From positions 29,699 through 93,698 of the forward strand of contig LBVJ01000001.1 of assembly GCA_000993025.1 (NCBI GenBank): a stretch of DNA of 64,000 bases, written 5' to 3'. The notes under the pieces are model-generated. The model saw nothing but the letters and a program-made list of their open reading frames with translations, did no database searches and was not told the origin of the DNA. Below, one piece after another: positions 10,157-18,330 of the stretch. This DNA is from Candidatus Woesebacteria bacterium GW2011_GWA1_38_8. GTDB taxonomy: Bacteria; Patescibacteriota; Microgenomatia; UBA8517. How positions within the stretch are numbered: the first letter of the stretch is position 1; every line of letters starts with the position of its first letter. A program made the translations under genes and the position numbers.

Positions 10157-10459
10157 ATGGTCAAATACGCAGTTATAAAAATTAAAGGAAAGCAGTACAG
10201 AGTGTCCGAGGGAGACAAAATTGTTGTTGATAGAGCTAAGGATGAGCTCAATGAAAACACTTTACTATTAAGAGACGATGAGAAACTTATGATTGGTAAG
10301 CCTTATCTTGATAAGGTGAAGGTTGTTCTTAGTAAAATTAAAGATTTTCGAGGGAAGAAGATCGAAGTATTCAAATATAAAGCAAAATCAAGGTACCGCA
10401 AACATTCAGGTTTCAGAGCTGAACTTACCGAACTTTCTGTTGAAAAGATAACCTCCTAA
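10157..10459 (+). CDS. rplU: 50S ribosomal protein bL21
   Basis: MVKYAVIKIKGKQYRVSEGDKIVVDR matches the bL21 N-terminus (YAVI..GGKQY.V..G); 100 aa. Confidence 0.9.
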   Translation: MVKYAVIKIKGKQYRVSEGDKIVVDRAKDELNENTLLLRDDEKLMIGKPYLDKVKVVLSKIKDFRGKKIEVFKYKAKSRYRKHSGFRAELTELSVEKITS

Positions 10460-10524
10460 CTATATAAATATATATCAATATATAAACTCTTGACTTTCGT
10501 GAAAATATTAACTATAGTGAATTT

Positions 10525-10782
10525 ATGTCAAAAAAGAAGCAAGGTGGTAAATTAGTACAGCAAAAAAGAAAACTGCCTAAATATTTGGGTATTAAGGTTC
10601 ACGATGGAGAAAAAGTATTGGCTGGAAGCATCATCGTTCGTCAGCGCGGTACGAGATTTATGCCGGGATCTGGAGTAAGGGTAGGTAAAGATCACACATT
10701 ATATTCTACATTAAAAGGTACCGTGAAATTTAAAACAAAGCTTGGTCGAAAAACAGTGTGTGTAGAAAGTGATAAGAAATAA
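10525..10782 (+). CDS. rpmA: 50S ribosomal protein bL27
   Basis: KYLGIKVHDGEKVLAGSIIVRQRGTRFMPGSGVRVGKDHTLYS matches the bL27 core (RLG.K...G..V..G.IIVRQRGT...PG.NVG.G.D.TLFA). No prp gene between rplU and rpmA. Confidence 0.9.
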   Translation: MSKKKQGGKLVQQKRKLPKYLGIKVHDGEKVLAGSIIVRQRGTRFMPGSGVRVGKDHTLYSTLKGTVKFKTKLGRKTVCVESDKK

Positions 10783-10795
10783 GAAGTAAACAACA

Positions 10796-10830
10796 ATCAG
10801 CAGACAAAAATATTTTTACTTTCTGCTGAT
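10796..10830 (+). terminator. Hairpin downstream of rpmA (possible operon terminator/attenuator)
   Basis: ATCAGCAGA...TCTGCTGAT, an 8-9 bp inverted repeat around an A/T-rich loop, 14 nt after the rpmA stop. No clean downstream T-run, hence low confidence. Confidence 0.3.
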
Positions 10831-10844
10831 TCATATAACAAATT

Positions 10845-11702
10845 ATGGCAGAAGAAGTTATACAAATTCCGATAGATCAGCTTCAACCTAATCCTCTGCA
10901 ACCCAGAGGGTCAATTACGCCCGAAACACTTGTCGATCTTGTTGATTCAATTAAAGAACACGGAATACTTGAACCTTTAGTTGTTGCCAAGACACCTGCC
11001 GGTTATCAAATTATTGCCGGTGAAAGGCGTTGGAGAGCTGCAAGGTTGGCAGGTTTAACTCATGTTCCGGCATTGATCAGAGAAACTTCTCCAAAAGGAA
11101 TGCTGGAAATGGCGCTTGTAGAGAATGTTCAAAGAATAGATTTGAATGCGCTAGACAGAGCAAAAGGTTTTGAGAGGCTCATGACAGAATTTTCACTGTC
11201 TTCTTCCGAAATTTCAGTAAGAATAGGTAAATCAGTTGCTTATGTATCCAATTCGATAAGACTTTTGACGCTCCCCGACGCTCTTAAGGATGGCCTTCTC
11301 TCCGGGCTTATTACGGAAGGACATGCCAGAGCATTAGCGGCGATTGATGACCCTGACCTCATGGTAGAGGCATACAAGATCATTCTCAAAGAGTCCGGGT
11401 CAGTTAGACGGGCTGAGGAGCTTGCCAGAAGGATGAAAGCAAAAGCAAATCAGGATATGGACAGGTCAAGTGCAACAAAAGTAATTATGAGGATAGTCTC
11501 CGATGATATAGATAAAATGCAGGAAGATATGACAAATATATTCGCCAACTTCCAGAATGATGATAATAAAAAGAAAAAAACTTCCGTCGTAAAACTGATC
11601 CGTTCTCAAAGGGAAACTCGGATACAATTTATATTCAAAGGCAATTTGGAAGAGACTGAGGAAAGACTTCAAAAATTGTATAAAGCAGTTGCAGGTTCTT
11701 GA
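10845..11702 (+). CDS. parB: Chromosome partitioning protein ParB/Spo0J
   Basis: ParB N-terminal box IPIDQLQPNPLQPR; HTH region; GERRWRAARLAG motif. No parA adjacent. Confidence 0.85.
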   Translation: MAEEVIQIPIDQLQPNPLQPRGSITPETLVDLVDSIKEHGILEPLVVAKTPAGYQIIAGERRWRAARLAGLTHVPALIRETSPKGMLEMALVENVQRIDLNALDRAKGFERLMTEFSLSSSEISVRIGKSVAYVSNSIRLLTLPDALKDGLLSGLITEGHARALAAIDDPDLMVEAYKIILKESGSVRRAEELARRMKAKANQDMDRSSATKVIMRIVSDDIDKMQEDMTNIFANFQNDDNKKKKTSVVKLIRSQRETRIQFIFKGNLEETEERLQKLYKAVAGS

Positions 11703-11737
11703 AGAGATTATTCCCCTGCTTTAATAAAACCCAAATC

Positions 11738-12259
11738 TTACGGCGGCCAGTAAATTAGCCATGCTTTTCCGGTTATCTTATCTTTGGTTATAAAACCCCA
11801 ATATCTTGAATCGGAAGAATATTCACGATTATCTCCGGATACAAAATAAGATCCCTGAGGGACGATCTTTTCTGAATTGTTTGGTAAGAAAGATTTCCCT
11901 TTTGTATAAATGTTTGCGGGGATATAATCTTCTGACAAATTAACTCCATTAATAAAAAAATGCCCATCCTTGATTGAAATAGCATCCCCGGGAAGTCCGA
12001 TTATTCTTTTAATATATTCCTCTTCCTCATTGACTGGCGGTTCGAAAACCACAACATCACCCCTCTGTGGTTCCCGGAAGCGGTAAGATAGTTTATCAGT
12101 CAGCAGATATTGTCCGTCGTGGAAGTTGGGTTCCATGGAATTCCCGTTTATTTTATGGGGTTGAAGCACTAAAAGGTAGAAAAATAGAAATATTGCAAAG
12201 GATGTAACAAACACCTCTAAAATATCTAAAAAAAAATCGCCTAAACGCTGAAAAACCAT
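11738..12259 (-). CDS. lepB: Signal peptidase I
   Basis: Catalytic Ser box GNSMEPNF, Lys box YIKRIIGLPGD, box E GDNREYSSDSRYWGFI; N-terminal TM anchor. Confidence 0.85.
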   Translation of the reverse strand: MVFQRLGDFFLDILEVFVTSFAIFLFFYLLVLQPHKINGNSMEPNFHDGQYLLTDKLSYRFREPQRGDVVVFEPPVNEEEEYIKRIIGLPGDAISIKDGHFFINGVNLSEDYIPANIYTKGKSFLPNNSEKIVPQGSYFVSGDNREYSSDSRYWGFITKDKITGKAWLIYWPP

Positions 12260-12444
12260 ACAGATAATTATAGTAATACATTAAACATTTAACAATAAAC
12301 AGAAGTATTTAGGAAGCGATGTGTTGATAGTTTGGTAATAAATTTACATATACACTTTTTAAGTGGTCACCGTATATAAAACAAAAATATAGGATGGGAA
12401 TTACTATTTGACTATATACTTGATTTATCCAATAATTACTAATT

Positions 12445-13944
12445 GTGAAGACGTTATTAACAACCTTAAAAAATAAGGTCTCCTATTATAGCGGTGATTC
12501 GGCTTTAGCATTTTCGGATGTATATTTAGAACCTTCGTATTCGGATATAGTCTCGCGTTTCGGGAGTCAGATAGACACTTCAACTAAAGTTGCAAACAAT
12601 GCTCCGAAAATTAACATCCCCTTTATATCCGCGGGTATGGATACGGTAACAGAGAACGATATGGCATCAATTTTTGCTTTGAATGGAGGTATGGGAGAGA
12701 TACATAGAAATAATTCTCCGGACAAGCAGTCGGACATGATAAGAATAGTGAAAGAAAAGATGAGATTGATCGAAAAGAACCCACCGATCGTTTCCGAAAA
12801 TGCAACTATTAGTGATGCTCTATCTCTTCTTAAGATACATATGAGAGGTTATGTAATTGTGTATCGGGGAAATGATTACGATGGAAGATTCTGTGGAATT
12901 GCCACAAGCAGAGATTTTTTATCCGGAGACCCTGACACTCCTATTAAAAAAGTGATGACACCATATGAATCAAATGAAAATGAAAAACTGATCACAGCAT
13001 CAGTTGGTACAACTTTAGAAGATGCAGTTAAGATCATGAGAGAAAATAAGATAGAAAAACTGCCTATTGTTGAAAAAGATGGAATTCTCTTTGGTGTTTA
13101 CACATTAAAAGACTATGAGCATATCAAAAAATACCCGAAAGCAGCATTGGATTCTCAGGGAAGATTGGTGGTCGGAGCGGCTATTGGTGTACATAGTATA
13201 GATATTGAGCGCGCCCATAAAGTTGTAGACGCCGGGGCTGATATTTTGTTTTTGGATATAGCACATGGACACTCAATTTATTCATCAGAAATGATAAAGA
13301 AACTTAAAATTAATGAAAAGATCAAGACACCTATCGTAGTTGGGAATGTTGCTACAAAAGAAGGAGTTCTGTTTGCTTATGATATTGGTGCAGACGGTAT
13401 AAAAATTGGAATTGGTCCGGGATTTGTGTGTAAAACCAGAAATGTTACAGGTACTGGTATACCACAAATTACTGCTATACTTGAAGCGAAAGAAGTTTTA
13501 AGGGGAAGATCAAAAGCTCCGCCGATTATTGCAGACGGAGGAGTGCGTGAACCCGGAGATCCCCCTAAAGCAATTGCAGCAGGAGCAGATTGTGTGATGT
13601 GGGGAAGTCTATGGGCGGGAACGGATATGAGTCCGGGGACAATTGTAAGGACAAATGGTTTTTTGCAAAAACGTATTCGTGGAATGGCATCAAAAGCTGT
13701 TTTTGAAGACAGAAAAAAAATGGGGGATTCCACAACAGATTCAGATCTTTATGCACCGGAGGGGCGCGAGGTATTTACATCTTTTCAGGGTTCAACTAGT
13801 GCATTACTAAAGGAATATATAGGAGCTCTACGTTCTGCAATGAGCTATACCGGTTCACACAACATATTTGAACTTCAGAAAGCCAAACTGATCCACGTAA
13901 GTATGAATGGAGCAAACGAACAAGGAAGAAACCTCAATGCCTAA
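12445..13944 (+). CDS. guaB: Inosine-5'-monophosphate dehydrogenase (with CBS pair)
   Basis: GTG start; GMDTVTE, catalytic-loop region IGPGFVCKTRNVTGTGIPQITAI, and a CBS tandem insert; 499 aa. Confidence 0.85.
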   Translation: MKTLLTTLKNKVSYYSGDSALAFSDVYLEPSYSDIVSRFGSQIDTSTKVANNAPKINIPFISAGMDTVTENDMASIFALNGGMGEIHRNNSPDKQSDMIRIVKEKMRLIEKNPPIVSENATISDALSLLKIHMRGYVIVYRGNDYDGRFCGIATSRDFLSGDPDTPIKKVMTPYESNENEKLITASVGTTLEDAVKIMRENKIEKLPIVEKDGILFGVYTLKDYEHIKKYPKAALDSQGRLVVGAAIGVHSIDIERAHKVVDAGADILFLDIAHGHSIYSSEMIKKLKINEKIKTPIVVGNVATKEGVLFAYDIGADGIKIGIGPGFVCKTRNVTGTGIPQITAILEAKEVLRGRSKAPPIIADGGVREPGDPPKAIAAGADCVMWGSLWAGTDMSPGTIVRTNGFLQKRIRGMASKAVFEDRKKMGDSTTDSDLYAPEGREVFTSFQGSTSALLKEYIGALRSAMSYTGSHNIFELQKAKLIHVSMNGANEQGRNLNA

Positions 13945-13990
13945 TATTTTCCCCGGCATATTTTTTGAATAATGATAAAATATAAGTTAC

Positions 13991-14044
13991 GGACCCGTAG
14001 CTCAGCGGTATAGCGTTCGCTTTACATGCGTATACAGAAACGAT
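13991..14044 (+). pseudogene. 5' half of a tRNA-Val(UAC)-like gene (acceptor, D and anticodon arms only; no T arm)
   Basis: GGACCCG-TA-GCTCAGCGGTATAGC-G-TTCGC-TTTACAT-GCGTA folds as acceptor 5' strand + D arm + anticodon arm (anticodon TAC). It stops 11 nt later, directly abutting the intact tRNA-Val. A sequence complementary to its acceptor (CGGGTCCA) lies at 14221-14228. Confidence 0.4.
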
Positions 14045-14118
14045 GCTCGCTTAGCTCAGTTGGTTAGAGCGTACGATTCACATTCGTGAGGTCCCTGGTT
14101 CGAATCCAGGAGCGAGCA
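14045..14118 (+). tRNA. tRNA-Val (anticodon CAC)
   Basis: Cloverleaf: GCTCGCT/AGCGAGC acceptor, GCTC-AGTTGGTTA-GAGC D arm, TACGA-TTCACAT-TCGTG anticodon arm (CAC), CCTGG-TTCGAAT-CCAGG T arm, discriminator A. CCA not encoded. Confidence 0.85.
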
Positions 14119-14381
14119 CAAACCTTGTAATAATTAAACGTTTTCGTTTCAAATAACCACCCTTATTTAAACGAGAAGGTCGTTGGAAGTGGCACCAAGT
14201 TTCACTTGGACGAGACCAACCGGGTCCACAAATTATGGCTGGTGGGGCGTTCGCTTCATATCCGATACCCCCTAAGTCCACAGAATAGATTTTGCAACCA
14301 TAAAATATTTACAGTGTTATATTTTTAAGAAATACTATTGTGCTGATGCGTATTTATGATGTATAACTATATTAATTAATT

Positions 14382-15068
14382 ATGGACACGGACAGCTTAA
14401 GGTGGGATGAGATCCACAAAAAAATACCTCCGGATTTGGAGAGACATTCCCAATACGCAGAAAAAAGAGAAGTGTTATTTCCAAGAGAATCAAAGATATG
14501 TGATATGGCAGGCGGACTTGGGTATGACGCAATGTATTTTATAGGTAAAGGACACAACGTAATAATCCTTGATATTTCCGATTATGCCTTGAAAGGGGCT
14601 GTAAATTCAGCCAAAGCAAGTAAAATATCAAAAAAACTTGCCGTTAAGAAATGCGACTTCGGAACGGGAAAAATTCCTCTTAAGGATGGTTCAGTCGATG
14701 TTGTATTTTCTAGAATCGGATTTAACTATTTTCCATATAAAGAGACAAGGCTTCTATTAGCTGAGGCTTATAGGATTTTAAAGACTGACGGAAAAGCATT
14801 TATTGCTTTCAAATCTCCTGAGGATGTTGAAGATTACAAATTTTTAAAAACTAATGCGGTCGAACTTGAAAGGAATGTATTTGTGGAGGGAGAGCAGATA
14901 AGAAGCCGTTTCACAAAAGAGCAGCTTCAACAAATGATGGAGGAGATCGGTATTGTCGACTATTCCGTTGAGCAATTTTTGGAAGAAAGAGATACGATCA
15001 GGGATGAATTTATGAAAGCTAACAAGAATATACTGTACTTAAATGAAGTCCGCTTCAAAAAGATCTAA
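14382..15068 (+). CDS. Class I SAM-dependent methyltransferase
   Basis: 228 aa; motif I-like DMAGGLGYDA, motif II acidic residue (ILDISD), post-II VDVVFS; Methyltransf_11-like layout. Confidence 0.55.
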   Translation: MDTDSLRWDEIHKKIPPDLERHSQYAEKREVLFPRESKICDMAGGLGYDAMYFIGKGHNVIILDISDYALKGAVNSAKASKISKKLAVKKCDFGTGKIPLKDGSVDVVFSRIGFNYFPYKETRLLLAEAYRILKTDGKAFIAFKSPEDVEDYKFLKTNAVELERNVFVEGEQIRSRFTKEQLQQMMEEIGIVDYSVEQFLEERDTIRDEFMKANKNILYLNEVRFKKI

Positions 15069-15174
15069 CGCTTCTGTCTATTTAAATTATTGGGTACATT
15101 TTTTTCCAAATAGGTGCTGAAACACTAAGAGGTCAATATTCGGAAAAGTTCTTCAGGTAATATCAGATTAATAT

Positions 15175-16281
15175 TTACAATTCCAGAAAGAATTGTCCGA
15201 ACTCGGTTTGAGGTTTTGATATTCCGATATCTCTCATCCAGAGATAGGGAGAATCTGTGCTGCAACCACCTTCATTGCTGGGCAGTGCCCATCTATCGAT
15301 TGTGCTGTCGTTGCTCCAACCAGATGGGTCTTGAAAAGAAAGAATATTTCCATCGGAGGTTTTATATGTACAATAATGTTTTGGAGGATCGTCGTTTTTA
15401 ACAGATTGATTGGGTTCGGATTGGACGAGCAGTTCATCCCAGTCAAGAGTTGTTAAGGAGTTGAAGTCGGTATTTGGAGTTTTATCGATAAGCGTACCAA
15501 GATGCAAATGAACACCGCATTTTGGACCGCATCCGGTATTACCCATTTTACCGATAATGTCGGTGTATTTAACATTATCACCGGCTTTTGTGTAGATTTC
15601 AGAAAGATGGGCATAAAGAGTGTAAAGATTGTTTGCGGAGTGTTTGATGATCACAACACATCCGTAACTGTTCTTTGATATCATACATTTACCACTCTTG
15701 CTTGTGTCTGAAACATAAACAACTTCTCCGTCAGCCACGGGAAGTACATCATAATCACCTTGTATTTTATTTGCTGAAAAGTCGGTGCCGTTATGGGAAT
15801 CGTAGCAGGTAATTCCATAGACTCCGTTCGGGCAATCCTTCTTAATATATGTTTCGGTAGTAAAAGGTTGGAATCTGTTCCCCAATTTGTTGTGGTCAAA
15901 CGAAGCTGTCATTCTTTTCCAAAAGTTGTAGGCGAATTCTTCATGCGTCGGATTCTCCCGATTAGTGTATGGGAAGGGGAGATTGAATTTATTTGATTTA
16001 TATCTTCCTCTAACAATAAGATTGTCGTAAGATACGGAATTTTGATACCAGTTTCCATAAGAATCTTTTGATCCTGAAGTGTGAAGAAACATTCCAAATC
16101 CACCATTAGTAATGGGAGTGGGGTCAACGCACTCTAGTACTTTATTATTGTTAATGTAAAAAATAATATTGTTTTCTACTATCTCAACTTTTATCAAACT
16201 CGACTTCCCCAATTCAGTATTGTAGGTGTCAACAAGTCTGCATATTTCGTCTTCAACCCCTAATAATTCCACCTTTTTCAT
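15175..16281 (-). CDS. M23-family (LytM-like) metallopeptidase. Its N-terminal 150 aa look like the C-terminal half of a LamG/DUF1080-like jelly-roll (downstream part of a gene split by an in-frame TGA)
   Basis: M23 motifs HNGTDF, DGEVVYV and GNTGCGPKCGVHLHLG (HxxxD, HxH). The N-terminal region (FYINNNKVLECVDPTPITNGGFGMFLHTSG) resembles the end of a lectin/glucanase-like domain. No signal peptide of its own. Confidence 0.75.
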   Translation of the reverse strand: MKKVELLGVEDEICRLVDTYNTELGKSSLIKVEIVENNIIFYINNNKVLECVDPTPITNGGFGMFLHTSGSKDSYGNWYQNSVSYDNLIVRGRYKSNKFNLPFPYTNRENPTHEEFAYNFWKRMTASFDHNKLGNRFQPFTTETYIKKDCPNGVYGITCYDSHNGTDFSANKIQGDYDVLPVADGEVVYVSDTSKSGKCMISKNSYGCVVIIKHSANNLYTLYAHLSEIYTKAGDNVKYTDIIGKMGNTGCGPKCGVHLHLGTLIDKTPNTDFNSLTTLDWDELLVQSEPNQSVKNDDPPKHYCTYKTSDGNILSFQDPSGWSNDSTIDRWALPSNEGGCSTDSPYLWMRDIGISKPQTEFGQFFLEL

Positions 16282-16317
16282 ATAAAAACTCTCATACCAC
16301 TTGAATACATAACCTTG

Positions 16318-16665
16318 TCAACTGGGTTGTGAATAGTCATATCTAAATAAAAGAAATCTATCTGGTCCAGAAATTCCCAGAACTTCTACTTCTATCGAAT
16401 CAATAATCCAATTATTGTTGATGTAATAACTAAGAGAATTATAGGAGTGGAAAGGGTCTGCAGGCACTGTTATATTGTAACTTCCACTTAAAACAGAAAA
16501 AGCGGGAGGGTTCAGTACCTCTAACCAACCTAAAGGTTTTCCATTTTCACCAATGTTGTCAAAACTATCTTGAAATAACACGTCGGTTGATGAATAAACC
16601 ATTTTTGGTAAAGACAAAGAAAGAAATATAAGGAAAGCCGTTAAATGTAATGATATTTTCATCAA
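16318..16665 (-). CDS. Secreted N-terminal fragment (signal peptide + first half of a LamG/DUF1080-like domain); upstream part of the split peptidase gene
   Basis: Signal peptide MMKISLHLTAFLIFLSLSLPKMVYSS, then LFQDSFDN...GKPLGW..., typical of a concanavalin-like domain start. Ends at TGA 16318-16320, in frame with the M23 ORF 12 codons downstream. Confidence 0.5.
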   Translation of the reverse strand: MMKISLHLTAFLIFLSLSLPKMVYSSTDVLFQDSFDNIGENGKPLGWLEVLNPPAFSVLSGSYNITVPADPFHSYNSLSYYINNNWIIDSIEVEVLGISGPDRFLLFRYDYSQPS

Positions 16666-16729
16666 GGTATTAATGACTGCATCAACTTAATCATTTATAA
16701 TGTAAACATGTCAAGAATCGAAATGTATT

Positions 16730-17761
16730 ATGAAATCAAATAAAAAGATATTATTTCTGGCCAGACTTTTTATTCCGCACATCGGTGGTGTAGAGAAGCA
16801 GGTTTTTGAATTGAGCAAGCGACTTGTAAAGCGAGGATATAAAGTTAAGGTAATTACTGAAAAATATGACAGTTCTCTAAAAAATAAGGAAATAGTTGAT
16901 GGTGTTGAGATTGTCAGGTTTAATAAGCTCCCCGTAAAGTACTTCGGTTTATTATCAATATGGATATGGTTTTTATTCCACCTGAAATATTTGAGGAATG
17001 CAGATCTTGTACACGCTCATAGCGTTTATGTTTGGTATTGGCCTTTTAAATTTTTATTTCCAAGAAAGCCAAATTTTGTAACATTTCATGGTTGGGAAGG
17101 GATTTACCCAATTCCTTTTAAAAATAAAATAATTCGCAAGATTGACACCTTGCTTTCGAATAAGAACATTACTATCTCAGACTACGTTGAAAAACACTAC
17201 GGTATAAAAGCGGATGTTTTAATGTATACATCAGTGAATGTTAACACAAACACTGCTAATGGCTTGGTTAAAAGTAAAAACAGTTTACTGTATGTCGGGA
17301 GATTGGATGAAGACACGGGTTTGAGGAAAATCTTAAAATGCCTGTCGTTTTTAAAGAAAACAAAGATTCATGTCGAATTTTGTGGAGACGGTCCTTTAAA
17401 AAAAGATTGTATGAAATATGGGAAGGTGCGTGGTTTTGTAGATCCAACCGAATATTATAAAAAGTCGTTTATTTGTTTGTCTCCGGGTCATACCTCCATT
17501 CTTGAAGCATTTACCTACAAATGTTTGATTGTTACAACATATAACAATCCCGTAAAAAAAGACTATCTTTTAATGACACCGTTTAGGAGGTGGATTGTTG
17601 TTAGAAATTCACCCAAGAAATTGGCGGAGGAGATAAAGTATTTTTTGAAACACCCCGGAAAGGCAAAGGCGTTGACCGTTCCGGCATATGAGTGGGTGAA
17701 GACACAGAATTGGGACGAGGGGGTGAAAACATACATCAAACTTTGGGAAATAGAGAAATAG
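16730..17761 (+). CDS. GT4-family (GT-B) glycosyltransferase
   Basis: N-terminal LFLARLFIPHIGGVEKQVFELSKRL (GT4 N-domain); C-terminal EAF/sugar-donor binding region; 343 aa. Confidence 0.7.
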   Translation: MKSNKKILFLARLFIPHIGGVEKQVFELSKRLVKRGYKVKVITEKYDSSLKNKEIVDGVEIVRFNKLPVKYFGLLSIWIWFLFHLKYLRNADLVHAHSVYVWYWPFKFLFPRKPNFVTFHGWEGIYPIPFKNKIIRKIDTLLSNKNITISDYVEKHYGIKADVLMYTSVNVNTNTANGLVKSKNSLLYVGRLDEDTGLRKILKCLSFLKKTKIHVEFCGDGPLKKDCMKYGKVRGFVDPTEYYKKSFICLSPGHTSILEAFTYKCLIVTTYNNPVKKDYLLMTPFRRWIVVRNSPKKLAEEIKYFLKHPGKAKALTVPAYEWVKTQNWDEGVKTYIKLWEIEK

Positions 17762-17895
17762 TTACTTTGAAGGTTGTCATCACGCGAGGCAATAAAAAAC
17801 AGATTTTGAACCGGTCACAGTAATGTTAAGATAGCCGGATAAGCAATAAATGTAAGTGTCTTGCCTCAGCGTAAACAGTTTTATATACTTAAGTA

Positions 17896-18291
17896 ATGGA
17901 AGAGTTACGAAAAAAGGTAAATAAGACTTCAAGGATTGTCGATAACCTTATAAAAGTAGTTACTGTTATATCCTTTTTATTATTTTTGGTTTCATTTTAT
18001 ATATATAAATACAAAGCAGGCGAAATATTTAAAGATCAGGTGGTTCTTTGTGATGTTGTTTTAAGTCAGGGTTTAACGAAGCAAAATCCTTTGGAAAATC
18101 CTATACAATCAGCACTTTTGGGTGCAAAAAATAATTGTTTTAATAATGCTGGAAGAACAGCAGAAATGTGGGGAAAACTTGCTTTTATGGCTTTTGACAT
18201 TAGTTTTCTTTTACCTTTTGTTTACTTCGGAAGTAAGAAAGTAGTAAAGGATACGCACAGAAATATTGTAAAAGTACATGTATTTATTTGA
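17896..18291 (+). CDS. Hypothetical membrane-anchored protein
   Basis: 131 aa, one N-terminal TM (VVTVISFLLFLVSFYIY); no recognisable family. Confidence 0.35.
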   Translation: MEELRKKVNKTSRIVDNLIKVVTVISFLLFLVSFYIYKYKAGEIFKDQVVLCDVVLSQGLTKQNPLENPIQSALLGAKNNCFNNAGRTAEMWGKLAFMAFDISFLLPFVYFGSKKVVKDTHRNIVKVHVFI

Positions 18292-18330
18292 TATTGAATT
18301 AAGCCTAGCTACATTATAATATGAAAGCTA

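Noticed and set aside
12260-12444. 185-nt divergent region between lepB and guaB inspected for a riboswitch (e.g. purine/guanine) upstream of guaB
   Set aside because: No conserved purine-riboswitch three-way-junction motifs were recognisable. The sequence is uniformly A/T-rich with promoter-like hexamers only.
14119-14381. Considered that the 260-nt non-coding stretch after tRNA-Val might be a tmRNA, SRP RNA or a group I intron inside the half tRNA
   Set aside because: Too short for a group I intron, and no P/Q/R/S-like elements. No tmRNA tRNA-like 3' end or tag ORF. No SRP domain IV GGAAG...AGCAG motif. Only a simple hairpin and the acceptor-complement 7-mer are evident.
16318-16320. Considered an alternative genetic code (code 25, UGA=Gly, as in Gracilibacteria/SR1) to explain the in-frame TGA in the peptidase gene and the three TGAs at 18289-18330
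   Set aside because: TGA is the terminator of ileS (9063), parB (11700) and several GT genes with proper downstream gene starts. Long conserved genes (dnaE, ileS, ftsZ, gatA) are intact as standard-code ORFs without internal TGA. Standard code 11 fits.
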